The notes below the pieces were generated by a model that saw only the letters and a list, made by a program, of their open reading frames with translations, made no database searches and had not been told where the DNA came from. Source: Rhizophagus irregularis (taxonomy: Eukaryota). From it: a stretch of DNA of 64,000 bases. A program made the translations under genes and the position numbers. Numbering within the stretch: the first letter of the stretch is position 1; each line of letters opens with the position of its first letter. Positions 27,411-40,726 of the stretch are shown in pieces. The stretch lies in the NCBI RefSeq assembly GCF_026210795.1, contig NC_089431.1, positions 992,001 to 1,056,000 of the forward strand, written 5' to 3'.

Positions 27411-28353
27411 GATTACGCCCGTTCTTATATTGAACTACATAATATCTATTCAAGATATTCTCATTAAATCCACTTTCCAAGCAAATTAGTAGTAATTTAT
27501 AATATTGCATCAAATGATAAAGAATTTGAGTTCTTTCTGATAAAATAATAATGCACTTTTCTTCTCGAATATCGTTGAAAATTAAACGAATTATAGAGAA
27601 ACTGATTTTCGAAACATTCTGACTTTGACTAAAATATTATTTACAGCAGCATTTTCCCTAATCCTAGATTGGTGAATCAATTCCATCACATTGTTCTAAA
27701 TATTTGTCGTCAGTAGTGTAGCTGAAAGACTATTTAATGTACGGAATACAGAAATAGATATATTCATATAAAACTGGGTTATTCCATGAAATGCAAATCG
27801 ACGAAGAAGATAATAATGATAATTTGATAAATGAAGCGTTTGATCAAAGAGCAGAATTACTTGGATGATAACGAAGAAGACGAACTTTCACCTTTTTTTG
27901 TAATACTTATTTATTTCGGATAAATTGTAAACACATAATTTATATAAATATAACAAGCCCGCCGCATGAAGACGTAGATCAGATTCTATTAAATCGTTTA
28001 CCTAATGATAACTTTAACGTCGCATCTTTTCAGTTCATTACCGTTCTGTTTTTACACAGCCATTCTAACATTATTAACAGTATGCTTTAACGCGTTTCAT
28101 TTAATAATAAATAGTTATTGGATGGGGGAAAAGAAATATCGGTCTCCGACCAATAACTATTTAATAATTAGCGTTTATTTATTAAAATTATATATTTTTA
28201 ACTATCAAATTAACGAATAAATTTTTCGTATATAAAAAGTTGTAATGAATAAAAAAAAAATATGAATACATATATATATATATTTTATTAACATACTCTT
28301 TTTTTGTACTATATCATAAAATAATTGTGATCAATCCTTAAAAGAGAGTATTA

Positions 28354-29548
28354 TTAATCTTTTTTAGCCCAATATCTAACCAACGAAAATTCAGGATTAG
28401 TATTTTTAAGTTCTTCTATAAGATGTTTTGTTATCATAACATTATATTCTTCTTTAGTAACGCCTAATAAGGGACTTAAATTTTCCGTCGCTACTTCATT
28501 ATCATGATATCCTATATAAATATCTTGTTTAATCATACCAACCTTACCACCATTAGGTCCTAAAATATATGATTTCTCATCTCTATAAACTATTGGCGTA
28601 TTTTGATTTGATTGAATTATTTTATCAATATTTGGTATTATTCTCAAATCTACTCCTCTTTGTAAACAAGATGTATTATCTATAAATTTTTTTTTTTTTG
28701 AAAAAAAAATAAAACTTAGTCATTCCTTAATAAATTCTTTATAAAGTATAGAAAATAATTAATTTACTTACGTGCTTCATATATTTTACTTAAAATTGGT
28801 CCAGCTCCTTTATGTGTAAAATATATATCAAGAATTTCAATATACCCACCAGGTTTTGTTACTCTATAATAAATAACATTTTATATAAATTATTTACATA
28901 TATATAATAAAGTACATATATCTTTATACCTAATCATTTCAGAAATGATAAAGTCCCATTGATCTGCTTTAATCATGAATGACATTGGATCCTGACGTAT
29001 AAAATCAAATTCATTTTCAGGGAACGGTAATCCATCAAACATATTTGCATTTATGAAATTTAAGTTTGACGGTTTAATCTATATATTATTATACCTTAGT
29101 TAGTTCAATATTTTAAATTGTCACGTTTCGCGCATGTACTTACCTCATTTGGATATACTGAATTACTATCAAGTCCATAAAATATCGATTTTTCATATTG
29201 ATTCGCAAGATCCAACAACCACGTTCCAGGTCCGCATCTTAAAAAAAAAAAATTGTCAACATTTGCATTAAAATATACATATATATATAAATTTTTAACT
29301 CACCCAATATTTAATACTTTACATTTTCCTTGCGTTAATTTTTCTTCAATTGGAGAAGAATAATTACTTTGAAATAAATATCTTTGAAAAAAATGAAACA
29401 TATGTAATCTATCAATATCTTCATAATTGTTCGGTATATAGTATTTTAATTCCTTATTCGGTTCTAAATTCGTCGGTTTATTATCAATTTCTTTATAAAG
29501 TGCCATTTTTTTACTTTTACGCTTTGAAGACGAATGACTATTTCCCAT
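28354..29548 (-). CDS. Class I SAM-dependent methyltransferase, 5 exons (MT2)
   Basis: MGNSHSSSKRKSKK start, VLNIGCGPGTW, same intron positions as MT1, ends RYWAKKD*. Confidence 0.85.
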
Positions 29549-32286
29549 ATTTTTATTATTATTATTAAATAATCTACCAAAAAAAATATGAATTAAAATA
29601 TTTTCTCCAATGAAATTATACTTAAAAAGAATTGGAAATTTAAACTTACTATAAACTCTGCGAAAGAAAGATAAAGGAAATTGGTGATACAAGGGGGTAT
29701 GAATTATAAAGGAGAACGACAAGATAATTTGAAGGTTTTTTTTGTCGATTATTGAATTTATATATAAGTTACAAAGAAGTGAAACAGTGAAGTATGAGAG
29801 AAGAAGTAAATATTTGTAAACTATGAAAAAAAAAATATTAAAAAACAAATAAATAAATAAATTAAGTAAATAAAAAGGAAAAATTTTTTTTAAAAAAAGG
29901 GTTTAATAAATTTTGTGATACCATAGATTTTCAATGTATTTTTCCTTATTTTATTTTGTTTATTTATTTCCGTAATTTAATTCGGTTACATATTACAAAA
30001 ATACTATATATTTCGCCGATTTAATCCAAATGTGAGAACAATTTATATTTATCCGTAATTAAAATTAACTACGTTGCTTCAAATATGACTAATTTTGGAA
30101 GTTAACTTTCACCAGATATGTTAAACTACGGTTTCTAATTATGCGCCTTAATAAATTTTGTAATTACGAAGTAATTTGTTCGGTCAATAATGTGTTACAG
30201 TTACAGATACCTCATGTTGATACGAGAAAAAAGCCGAAAGCCGAACTTGTTACAAAGAAAAAAGATGGATCGAATTTTTAATAGGAATTAAGAACGTTGT
30301 AAGAAATAATCCTTATCATTATATTTATATTTATGTATATTTGTAATAATAGTCTAAATAAAATAAATTATATTTAAAATTTTTTTTTTTGAGCTCAAAT
30401 CTATAAACACCTAATTGGGTTTAGTTCTTAAGATCATTTAAAACATGTTCTTTTTTTAGAAATTCCTTTTTTAGAAGAAATATCGTCAGTTGCAAGATCA
30501 GAACTCAGAAGCATCATTTGACAGCTCTCTACCTTTATTTGGTCTAGACGCTCTTCATCTCTATGAATTTTGTGATAATTTATTGCTATACAATTATTAT
30601 ATTGAAATTGGTCGCATCTACTCCCCGTTGAAAATATATATTATGGAATTTGATATGCGGATTTTTATATCATAAATTATTTTAAAAAAATAGTGTTTAA
30701 ACTTTTTTTAAATTATGAAAATTTCGTTTGCCTACTTTTTGAAAAACGGAAAAGTTCAGTCTAAAAAAAATACAGTCAACTTTAGACATAGTGTGTTGTA
30801 CAGAACCGTGTATTACAGAACCAATTTTCTTTGCTTGATATGACGATTTATATAATGAAACGTTATATACCGCATCCAATCATGACAGTTATACTAAACT
30901 GCATACTTCATATACCGAATTATCACATAACTTAAAATTTAGCATTATAAATTGTGTATTCGAATCGGATTTTTTTTTTAATTATTAGGACATTTTTGCC
31001 AAAACACAATTAATCTTTCTTTAGCACAAGTAATTATGGACAATTTTGCTTGGTGCAAATGATCACGTGTCTATATTTTTATTGGTCAGTTTTATAAACG
31101 AACAGTTATATAAATCATAGCGAACTCACTGTTATACGGTCGGTTCGTTATATCCAGAGTTTGACTTACAATATATTTATATTTATTTTTCTGCATATGT
31201 CACCTGTTGATAATTCAAATAGTAGCTATTTTAAATTTACTATAAAAAGGTAATTGAATATTTATTGTTAATGTCATTTCAATGTCAATACATAAAATAA
31301 ATTAGTAATTAAAGACTACTAATACTTTTATTTGTTGAAAAAAGTTTTTTTCATGAAAATCATCATCCAAGTTTCTTAAAAATTTAAAAATCCTAAAAAA
31401 ATTAACGGTATATTAAGATTAATAAAGAAAACTTTTTTTATCTCATTCATCATGCAAATTTTATTTAATTATATTATTTATTTCTGTACAGAGTTTTTAC
31501 ATTTCTCACATGATTTCTGAAGGAACCCTTTTTTTCATTAATATCCTTTTAAATTTTAATATTTTTAAATCATTTAATAAATATATGAGACAACTTATAT
31601 TTAATAGATCAATGAAAAATCATTATTTCTGATATTTAATCAAAAACATAAAGATATTTATTATCGTAAAATGGCGTAAAACTGTATAAATACGATCATC
31701 TGCATCACTGCATCACTCTGTAGAAAAATAAACGTTGTCATTACCAACTTACAAATAAATTGTTCTGTAAACTTTAAAATTAGATGAAATAAATAGCTAA
31801 TTAAATAATATAATAAAATCTCCAGATTATAGCGGATTAACTACTGTCATTCATAAAAAAAAAGTTCATAAAAACAACTTCTGAAAAATTTTGATAAAAA
31901 ATTTTTTTTTTTTCCATAAGTATAAACTAAGACCCGAGATCGGCACTCATTTACAATTAGCTCTTCAGGGCCAGAATTACGTAATGTCGCCTGGCATTAT
32001 CCAAAAATGGAATGATCTACATAGTATTTACTACTGTTACCTTTCATGTATTGCTCGGTATTATTATTTATTTTTCGCATAGAATGTTATATAATTCTCC
32101 ATTCATGTTACCAAATGGCTTAACAATAATTCAGTTAGATAATGATATGGTGCATATTTTTTGTATACGTTAAGCTGTATTAAGCTGTAAATAAAATAAC
32201 TTTACGTTCACTAAATTTGTTTCATTTATTATTAAGTAAACAACAGTAATATACATATACTGTAGTTAACACATTTATTGTTAAGT

Positions 32287-34078
32287 ATGGAATTGTTAAA
32301 AAAGATATTCAAAAAAAAGCCAAGAAATACTAGTATGGAAATTTTGAATAAATCATTCAAAGAAAAGCCTAGAAATTTATGGAAATATGTTGATTGGGAT
32401 AAATATCATGTAAATGCAATTTCACTTTATAATTCATTATAAATAATGTAATTTAAATAAATAACCAATATATTTTTTAATCATTTATTTAGACTCATGC
32501 TACAGTTTCTTCTATTGATTCAACTACCAAATCAGATGATATTGATGATAGAATAATCTATATGGATGAAATAGAGAAAAGAAAAGAAATTTTTGGTATA
32601 TGTGGGGAATGCAATGAACCTGGCACAGGAGGTTATTGGTGTCAACCTTGTAATGCCAAAAGATTTAAGGAAAATTTTAAAAATTGGACTAGCGGAAATG
32701 AAGATGTTGATGAACTAATACAACATTCACAACTTAATGCTATACATCATAAAACATGTCTTGAATGGATACCTTTTGAAAAATTTCAAAGTATTACTTA
32801 TATTACCAGAGGAGGCTTTGGTAAAATTTATTCAGCTAAATGGCCTGAAGGACGTATTGGTTATTGGGATATTGAACATCGAAAATGGATTAGAGCTACA
32901 AATTATGAAGTCGCATTAAAAAGCTTGGATAATTCTTCTGAAATTAGTACTGATTTTTTAAATGAGGTAACCAATTTTATATTTAAATTAACATTGTAAT
33001 TTTATTAAATTGTATTTTTTTAAATTTCAATTATTCAATTATTAGATCAAATCTCATCTTCAGATTTATATTTAGGATATTGTTTTCTGCTATGGTATAA
33101 CTCAAGATCCAAATACCAAAGATTATATGATGGTTCTAAATTATTGTAAATATGGAAATTTAAGAAATTACTATTTAAATAATTCTAATGATTGTATGAA
33201 ACCTTGTCATTTATCAAGAATTGCAAATGGACTGTTAAGTATCCATAATGCTGAAAAAGTTCACAAAGACTTTCATTCAGGTAATATATTGTTTAGTGGG
33301 TCTATGTTTATAAGTGATTTAGGAATGTGTCAACCAGCAAATAATAAAGAGAAACCTGATAAAAAGGAAGGAGTTTATGGAGTATTACCTTATATGGCAC
33401 CAGAAGTTTTACGTGGATATCAATATACAAAAGCGGCTGATATTTATTCATTTGGAATAATTATGAATTAGTACCTTTCTGAAGTAATTCCTTTTAATGA
33501 TATACCTCATGATCATATTTTAGCTGTCAAAATATGTAAAGGTCTTAGACCAAAAATTTCTGAAGGCATTCCTAAACTATTTGTTGATTTAATTATGAAA
33601 TGTTGGGATGCTAAAGCAGAAAATAGACCAACTGCTAAAGAATTATATCAAGTATTAAAAAAATGGGATAAAGAAGGTGGTATTAATAGTGAAATTTATT
33701 TTCAGATGAATGAATATGAAAAAATTAGAAAACACAAATTGGAAAGCAAATCAAGTGAAAATATGTCTGAAAGTAAAAAATCTCATCCTCAAGCAATCTA
33801 TACAAGTAGACTTTTAAATTTCAAAAATCTTCCGGAACCATTAAATTCTTCAGATTTATCATTGTTTCAACTTAATTCAGGTAAATATTTGATTCTATTA
33901 GTTATGGAAAATAATAATCATTATTAACAATATCTTAATAATAGATAGATGATGTCCCATCAGTATCAGCAAATCCAAGTAAGTATAACCAATATTGTAG
34001 TTATAAATTTATATTTTGTTTTAACATTATGTTATTGTTTAATTTATAGTTTCAGAATGCTTTGATTGTAAAATTTAG
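32287..34078 (+). pseudogene. TKL-like protein kinase with one nonsense codon (kinase 4)
   Basis: Exons and GT-AG sites otherwise intact; TAG at 33469-33471 where paralogs have Glu (IMNEFLS); 48-bp tandem duplication in exon 1. Confidence 0.82.
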
Positions 34079-35272
34079 TGAATCAAGTAAAAAAAATTTA
34101 TTTAAAATAATTTATTATTTTATTAATAATTTTCTCATCTAATTTTATTTTCAATGAAATTAATCAAAGATTCAAGACAAAGATAATTTGAATGATGAGT
34201 CTTAGATAGTTGTAGATTTCTACGGGAATAATCAGGATATTATTTAATAAATTTAAAGTTAGTATTTAAAAATTTTATTAACTTGGTTTATATTTTTATT
34301 TTTAGAATTATATTTTAATGAAATTTTTATGAAAGGATCAAATGAGCAAAAGAAATTAGGAAATATATTATTTTAGAGTTTTATAAATAGATAATAACAT
34401 TTACTGTAGCTGACGTTCAAACTTTGATTACAAATGTTATTGCTTAGCAAATAGCATTATAAAAATAATTACGATAAAAATCTTAGGTTAGTGAACACTA
34501 AGAAAAATTAGCATTGGTTATTTATTATCTCTATATTTAAAAGCGATATATTTTTATACTACTATTAGTTTTTTATCTGAATAAATTCTTAAAATAATTT
34601 TTTTTTCTTTTTCTATTTAAGATATCTAATACTTATTTAATTGATCTGTCTAAAATTATTTCGGAGATGAGATTAATAAAAAATTTGTATATTTTCTTTC
34701 GTGAAACAGCAACTGCAATTATATCTGTAGTAACCCCGGAAAATATTAGCTCATCTATTATTTTATAATACCTTTTTTTTAAATTTCTTAAAAATAAATA
34801 GGTTTAATAGAATATATGTTCATAAACAAAATAATAAACTGACCAAAATTAAATCAGTCCAGTTAAGAATTTAAGAATTTCGTCTCCTAAAATTTTTTGG
34901 CTCCAATTTAATTGATTATATCGATCACGTAATTTATGGACTGTCGGACTAAAAAAATGATATCAAGGTTCTGAGAGTTGAAACATTAGAAGTGAAAGAG
35001 TTTTCTAGGAAACATTTACTTTCATCGAAACAAGAAACATTCAATCTACGGAAAGTCGGAAACATGATAAGACGATAATAATTTTATTCATCAATTAAAG
35101 TTTAAAATGTTTCGGGCGAAAACAATTGGTGAAACGTTTCGCCCATCTTGAGTTTCGGTTTCGGCTGTTCCGAAACTGCCGAAACCTGGTGAAATGTCCG
35201 AAACCCACCGAGTTGTCTCTCGGTATGTGACTAGGTGTAGCATCCGTATTTAGAAGTAAGATAGGAGTTTGT

Positions 35273-35447
35273 GGTTATACTAATTTTCGCCCCTTAGTTC
35301 CATTGAATCCGGCTGGTGAACCGGGTCCGATTGATCAACATCCGGAATTTTTTGATTTGTAATCATCCGGACCCATGACTTCTGCCGTAATTACATGGAA
35401 TCCGAGCTAATTCCGCGTCGGATCCAATGGGGAAAATTAGTATAGAC
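35273..35447. mobile_element. MITE, inverted copy of the 14832-14999 family
   Basis: GGTTATACTAATTTTCGCCCC ... GGGGAAAATTAGTATA; internal match to 14832-14999. Confidence 0.7.
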
Positions 35448-36289
35448 ATGATGTACGAGTCCCCATTTGACACTCGCTGTCACATTTATCATAATTCAAT
35501 TAGTTGAAATTTGGTTGTAAATAATTCTTGTAAGTAGAAGCTTGATTTTTATAAAATATAATTAATTGTGCACTAAATTTAAAGAATTTTACGAATTTCT
35601 TAGTAAAAGCATCATAACCAGTTGAGTTGTGTTGAAGATAAAAGAAAAAAGAAATAGTAATAATAAATGTTCATAGAATAACGAACGTATCAAAAAACCG
35701 ATAGAAACAACTACGGGAATAATACATGAAAAATTTATATTTGCAAATTGGAACATATTGAACATATTGAAAAAACATGATATTAAAAACCATAAACTTT
35801 GAAAATACTATTCGCAAGATATTGTAAAATATGGTAAAGAAAATACACACACATATATATATATTTAACACTCTAATTAAAGTGAATGAAATAAATAAAT
35901 ATGAAAAACACGAATGATGAAAAGAATTTAGGAGTGATAATAAAGAGAATAGAAATAGGTACATTTGCGATTTTGACATATTGAATAGTATATTGGCGTA
36001 TAGATTATCTATGATTGAAAAATTTAAGACGAATGGCGTGTAATTTACAACTTATGAAACATATTTAACAACCAATTACAGCTGATTTTATAATATACGG
36101 GATAATCGCCGGAGATCCTGAAATCGTATGATTATACTTTATAGCCAATTAAAAATTTAACATGGAACTCATTTAGTTTCACCAATTTCGCCATGTTTCG
36201 GCAGTTTCGCCAGGGTTCGGATGTTTTTGTTAGAACACTAGTATATTTATTAATCATTACACTTATTTTTAATTGCCACGTTATGCTGC

Positions 36290-36640
36290 GTACTTACCTC
36301 ATTTGGATATATTGAATTATTATTAAGTCCATAAAATAGGATTTTTCATATTTATTTGTAAGATCCAACAATCGAGTTCCGGGATCGCATCTTTTTATTA
36401 AAAAAAATAAAAAGAAATTACTCTTAAAAATGCGTTAAAAAAGAATGTATATATTTATATCTTATTCAATATCTAGTAATTTTGATACTTTATATCCTCA
36501 AATACATATTTTTGAAAAAAATGAAACGTATGTTCTCTATCAATATCCTCAGAATTATTCGGTATATAGTATTTTGATTCCTTTTCTACTACTATATCCT
36601 TACTTTTACGTCCTGAAGATGAAATATTATTATTATTAAA
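36290..36640 (-). pseudogene. Relic of methyltransferase exons 1-2
   Basis: Matches YYIPNN.EDIDREH and CxPGTxLLDL segments; start codon lost, internal deletions, 3' exons missing. Confidence 0.75.
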
Positions 36641-37693
36641 TCAATAACCTACCAAAAAAAAAAATATTATATATCAAATGAAGATTTCTCAAATAGAATT
36701 GCGATGTGTTGTGTTTTAAAAGAATTTGGAATTTAAACTTATAATAAAGAAAATTTGCGATACAAGGGGTACGAGTTATAAGAGAAAAAAGAATTTTTGA
36801 GCGAGAAATATAAAGATAATTTAAGGATAAATGACGTATAAAAAGGAGATTTTGTCGGTTGAACGTACATATAAGGTGACGAAAATTACAAGTGAAACCG
36901 TGGAATATAGAGAAGAAATTTAAATTAGTAAATAATTTATTTAATGAAGGAAAAACTTTTAAAAAGGATTTACGATATCAATATACTTATTTAGTTTCCC
37001 GCAATTTGAAAATAATTTTAAGCTAGTATCATACATTCTATCATATGAATATACTTATCGCTAACGATTGTTAATAACGTACTTTTTAAAGAATCCGAAA
37101 TGAATTGGGATAATAAGTAAACAAGTAAATATTACTACGGATTTCCTTTATTATAGTTACGAGCGAAGAATAAGTGAACGGTATTAATGATAAAGTGAAA
37201 AGCACTTTAGAGTTTTTGGCATCTTTTCTGATAGAATAATAATATAGTTTCCTTCACGCAATTGTGACCGAAAAAAATAAAAATTCCGAAAATTTAACGA
37301 ATTATAGAAAAGTCTGATTGCCCGAATAAGATGGTCAATGTGTTTCTGAAAATGATTTAGCTCGTTTCATATCATGTAATAAAATATATAAAATATACAA
37401 TGTTCTTTACAGCAGGATTTACCCTAATCCTAACCTAGTTTAGACAATCACTTTGTGGCATGGGGTTACATTCAATACTTTATAGTTAATATGAAAAAAA
37501 TAAGGTACGAAAAATATCCGAGTCAAAATAACGTAAAAATTAGTAACCATCGGTCTGGTTTTAAGCTTCAATACGTTTTGTTTGTTAATTAGCGTCCATA
37601 AAATTTTATATATATTACCAAATAAATTAAGCCATCAAATTAAATAAATTCTTCATAAATAAAAATTATAAATTAATATTAGTATTTAAAAAA

Positions 37694-39232
37694 CGAAAAT
37701 TATAAAACGCACCAGTGGTGTTGTAAACACCACATCACGTGATCATGTGTTACTGATCAGTTTATTTTTTTTGACGCGATTTATTATTTTTTCTGTTTCT
37801 TTTTTTTAGGTTTCTTTAGACACGACCATCTTTAGCTTTGGGATTAGGTTACAGGTAAGTTTTTTTTTGCTTCTATTTTCCTTTCTTTCGTTCATTAAAC
37901 TTGCTTGTTCTTTTTTTTAGGCGCGGCTGTTTTTAGTTTCCATTTCGGCAAATATTTAAGGTGAATCTTACTTTCTTTTCTTTCTCTTTTTTTTTGTTTT
38001 TCTTTTCGTTCTTTTCCCTGTTCTTTTATTAACCTTTGTTTCTTTTTTAGACGTGTACCATTTCAGTGAAATCTGAGTAAGTCTCTTTCGTCTTTTTCTC
38101 TTATTGTTTTATCGCTGTTAAAACGATATTAATTATTTTTTTCTTTTTCTATGGGTGGTGTTCTGGCTTTACTTTTATTTTCCTTTATTTCTCTTACTTT
38201 CGTTTTATTTGTTTCTTCATTATTTTTTGTTTTTATCCATCCATTTCTGTTCATTTTGTTTCCTTTTATCTCTTTCTATTTATGTTTCGTTTCCTTCATT
38301 CCTTTGTTGTTCTTATTCCCTTTATTTCTTTCATTGTTTTCTATTCTCGCTTCATTTCTTTTGTTACTTTCATTCCCCTTCGTTGCTTTCACATTGCTTT
38401 TTATTCCCTTTTGTTCCCTTACATTTCTTTGTTGTTTTTTATTCTCCTATTGTTCCTTTTCATTTTTTTTTCATCTCTTTTGTTCCTTCTCATTTTTCTT
38501 TTGTTTCTCTTATTGATTTTTATTCCCTTTTGTTCCCTTTCATTTCCCTTTCATTTCTCTCATGGCATTTTATTCCCTTTTCTTTCATTGTTTTTATTCC
38601 CCCTTCATTTTTTTCATTGTTTTTTTTATTCTCTCTTTGCTTCCCTTTATTCCCCCTTTGTTTCTCTTGTTAAATTTTATTTCCCCTTCGATTCTTTTGT
38701 TCCTTTTTACTATTCTTCACTTTTTTTTTCATTTCCTTTACGGTTATCTTCGTTTTCCTTCATCCTCTTTCATTCATCTTTCGTTTCCCACTTATTCATT
38801 TTTTTCATTCATCTTTCACGTCTCTTTTGTTCATCTTTCATGTATCTTCATCATATTTTGTTTATCTTTCATCATTTTTGTTCATCTTTCATTTCCCTAC
38901 ATCACTTTTCGTTTACTCAACCCTTTTCATTTATCTTTCCTTTCCTTTATTTCCCTTGGTTTTTTTCATTGTCCTTTTTTACTATATTTTTTGTCCTTTC
39001 TTCATATATTGCAGTGCATTTACATACAGCATTACGGCATTTAAGTTAAAGTTATGCAATTACGACTTAATCAGCTATCGGTTATATCATAAAATTTTTT
39101 TTATAAATCATGTAATGCATTGTGGTGTAACATTTTTTATTGATCAAATAAAATCGAAAAACTAGCCAATAAAAAATTTTATAATCACGTGATTGTGGTG
39201 TTGAGCACCAGTGGTGTGATTTAGTATAGTCG
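37694..39232. mobile_element. Non-autonomous TIR element with an 8-bp TSD and a ~900-bp pyrimidine-rich tract
   Basis: Imperfect ~50-bp TIRs containing CACCA(G/C)TGGTG..AACACCACA.TCACGTGAT; TTAAAAAA at 37686-37693 and 39233-39240; absent from the paralogous block at ~28300. Confidence 0.7.
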
Positions 39233-39262
39233 TTAAAAAATACTATCATTATCAGTTAATAT

Positions 39263-40470
39263 TTAATTTTTTTTAGCCCAAAATCTAATTAACAAAAATT
39301 CTGGACTAGTATATTTAAGTTCTTCTATAAGATCTTTTGTTATCATAATTTTATATTCTTCTTTAGAGATCCCTAAAAATGGACTTAAATTTTCTGTCGC
39401 TACTTCATTATCATGGTATCCTATAAAAATATCTTGTTTAATCATACCAACTTTACCACCGTTAGGTCCTAAAATATATGATTTCTCATCTCTATAAACT
39501 ATTTGCGTATTTTGATTTGATTGAATTATTTTATCAAGATTTGGTATTATTTTCATATCTACTCCTCTTTGTAAACAAGATGTATTATCTATAAATTTTA
39601 AAAATAAATCTTAGTCATACTTTGATAAAATTGTTGGTAAGCAAATATGGGAATAATTAATTTACTTACGTGCTTCATATATTTTACTTAAAATTGGTCC
39701 AGCTCCCCTAAGTGTAAAATATATATCAAGAATTTCAACATACCCACCAGGTTTTGTTACTCTATATATAATAAATAAATAAATATTCATTTTTTAAATT
39801 ATTTACATATACTGTATAACAAAATACATATAACTAACTTATACCTAATCATTTCAGAAATGATAAAGTTCCATTGATCTGCTTTAATAATGAATGACAT
39901 TGGATCCTGATGTACAAAATCAAAGTTGTCATCAGGGAACGGTAATCCATCAAACATATCCGCTTTTACGAAATTTAAGTTTGACGGTTTTATCTAATTA
40001 AGTATATATTTTTATACCTAGTTAGTTAAATTTTTTAATTGTCACGTTACGCGCGCGTACTTGCCTCATTTGGATGTACTGAATTATTATCAAGTCCGTA
40101 AAATACTGATTTTTCATATTTATTTGCAAGATCCAACAACCACGTTCCAGGTCCGCATCTTTAAAAAAAAAAAAATTGTCAACAATTGCATTAAAATATA
40201 TACATATATATATATTTTAACTTACCCAATATCTAATACTTTATATTTTCCTCGCATTAATCCTTCTTCAATTGGAGAAGAATAATTACCTTGAAATAAA
40301 TACCTTTGAAAAAAATGAAACATATGTAATCTATCAATATCTTCATAATTATTCGGTATATAGTATTTTAATTCCTTTTCTACTTCTAAATCCATCGGTT
40401 TATTATCAATTTCTTTATAAAATTCTATTTTTTTACTTTTATGTTTTGAAGACGAATTATTATTTCCCAT
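39263..40470 (-). CDS. Class I SAM-dependent methyltransferase, 5 exons (MT3)
   Basis: MGNNNSSSKHKSKK, VLDIGCGPGTW, ends RFWAKKN*; intron 2 has a GC donor (AATGAG|GCAAGT). Confidence 0.83.
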
Positions 40471-40574
40471 ATTTTTATTATTATTAAATCAATAATCTAC
40501 AAAAAAAATCATATTAAAATTTCTCCGATGAAATTGCGATATGTTATGCTTAAAAGAATTTGGAATTTAAACTT

Positions 40575-40726
40575 CTTTACAGAAACTTCAAGATCGTAGC
40601 GATGGCTTAATGCGCAGTAACTGCATATATGTAATTTCTTTACGATTACATAATGTGGTCACTATGTATTTATGACGCAGTTACTGCGCATTAAGCCATC
40701 GCTACGATCTTGAAGTTTCTGTAAAG
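40575..40726. mobile_element. 152-bp MITE with perfect 50-bp TIRs (possibly CMC/EnSpm-type)
   Basis: CTTTACAGAAACTTCAAGATCGTAGCGATGGCTTAATGCGCAGTAACTGC arms; 2-bp TSD TT; empty site AAACTTACTATAAAC at ~29642. Confidence 0.9.

Noticed and set aside
34995..36240. Possible hAT element with CGAAAC subterminal repeats
   Set aside because: Right end TAGAACACTA is plausible, but the left TIR and TSD could not be established.
38151..39165. Phe-rich membrane-protein-like ORFs
   Set aside because: Low-complexity T/C tract open in all three frames inside a TIR element.
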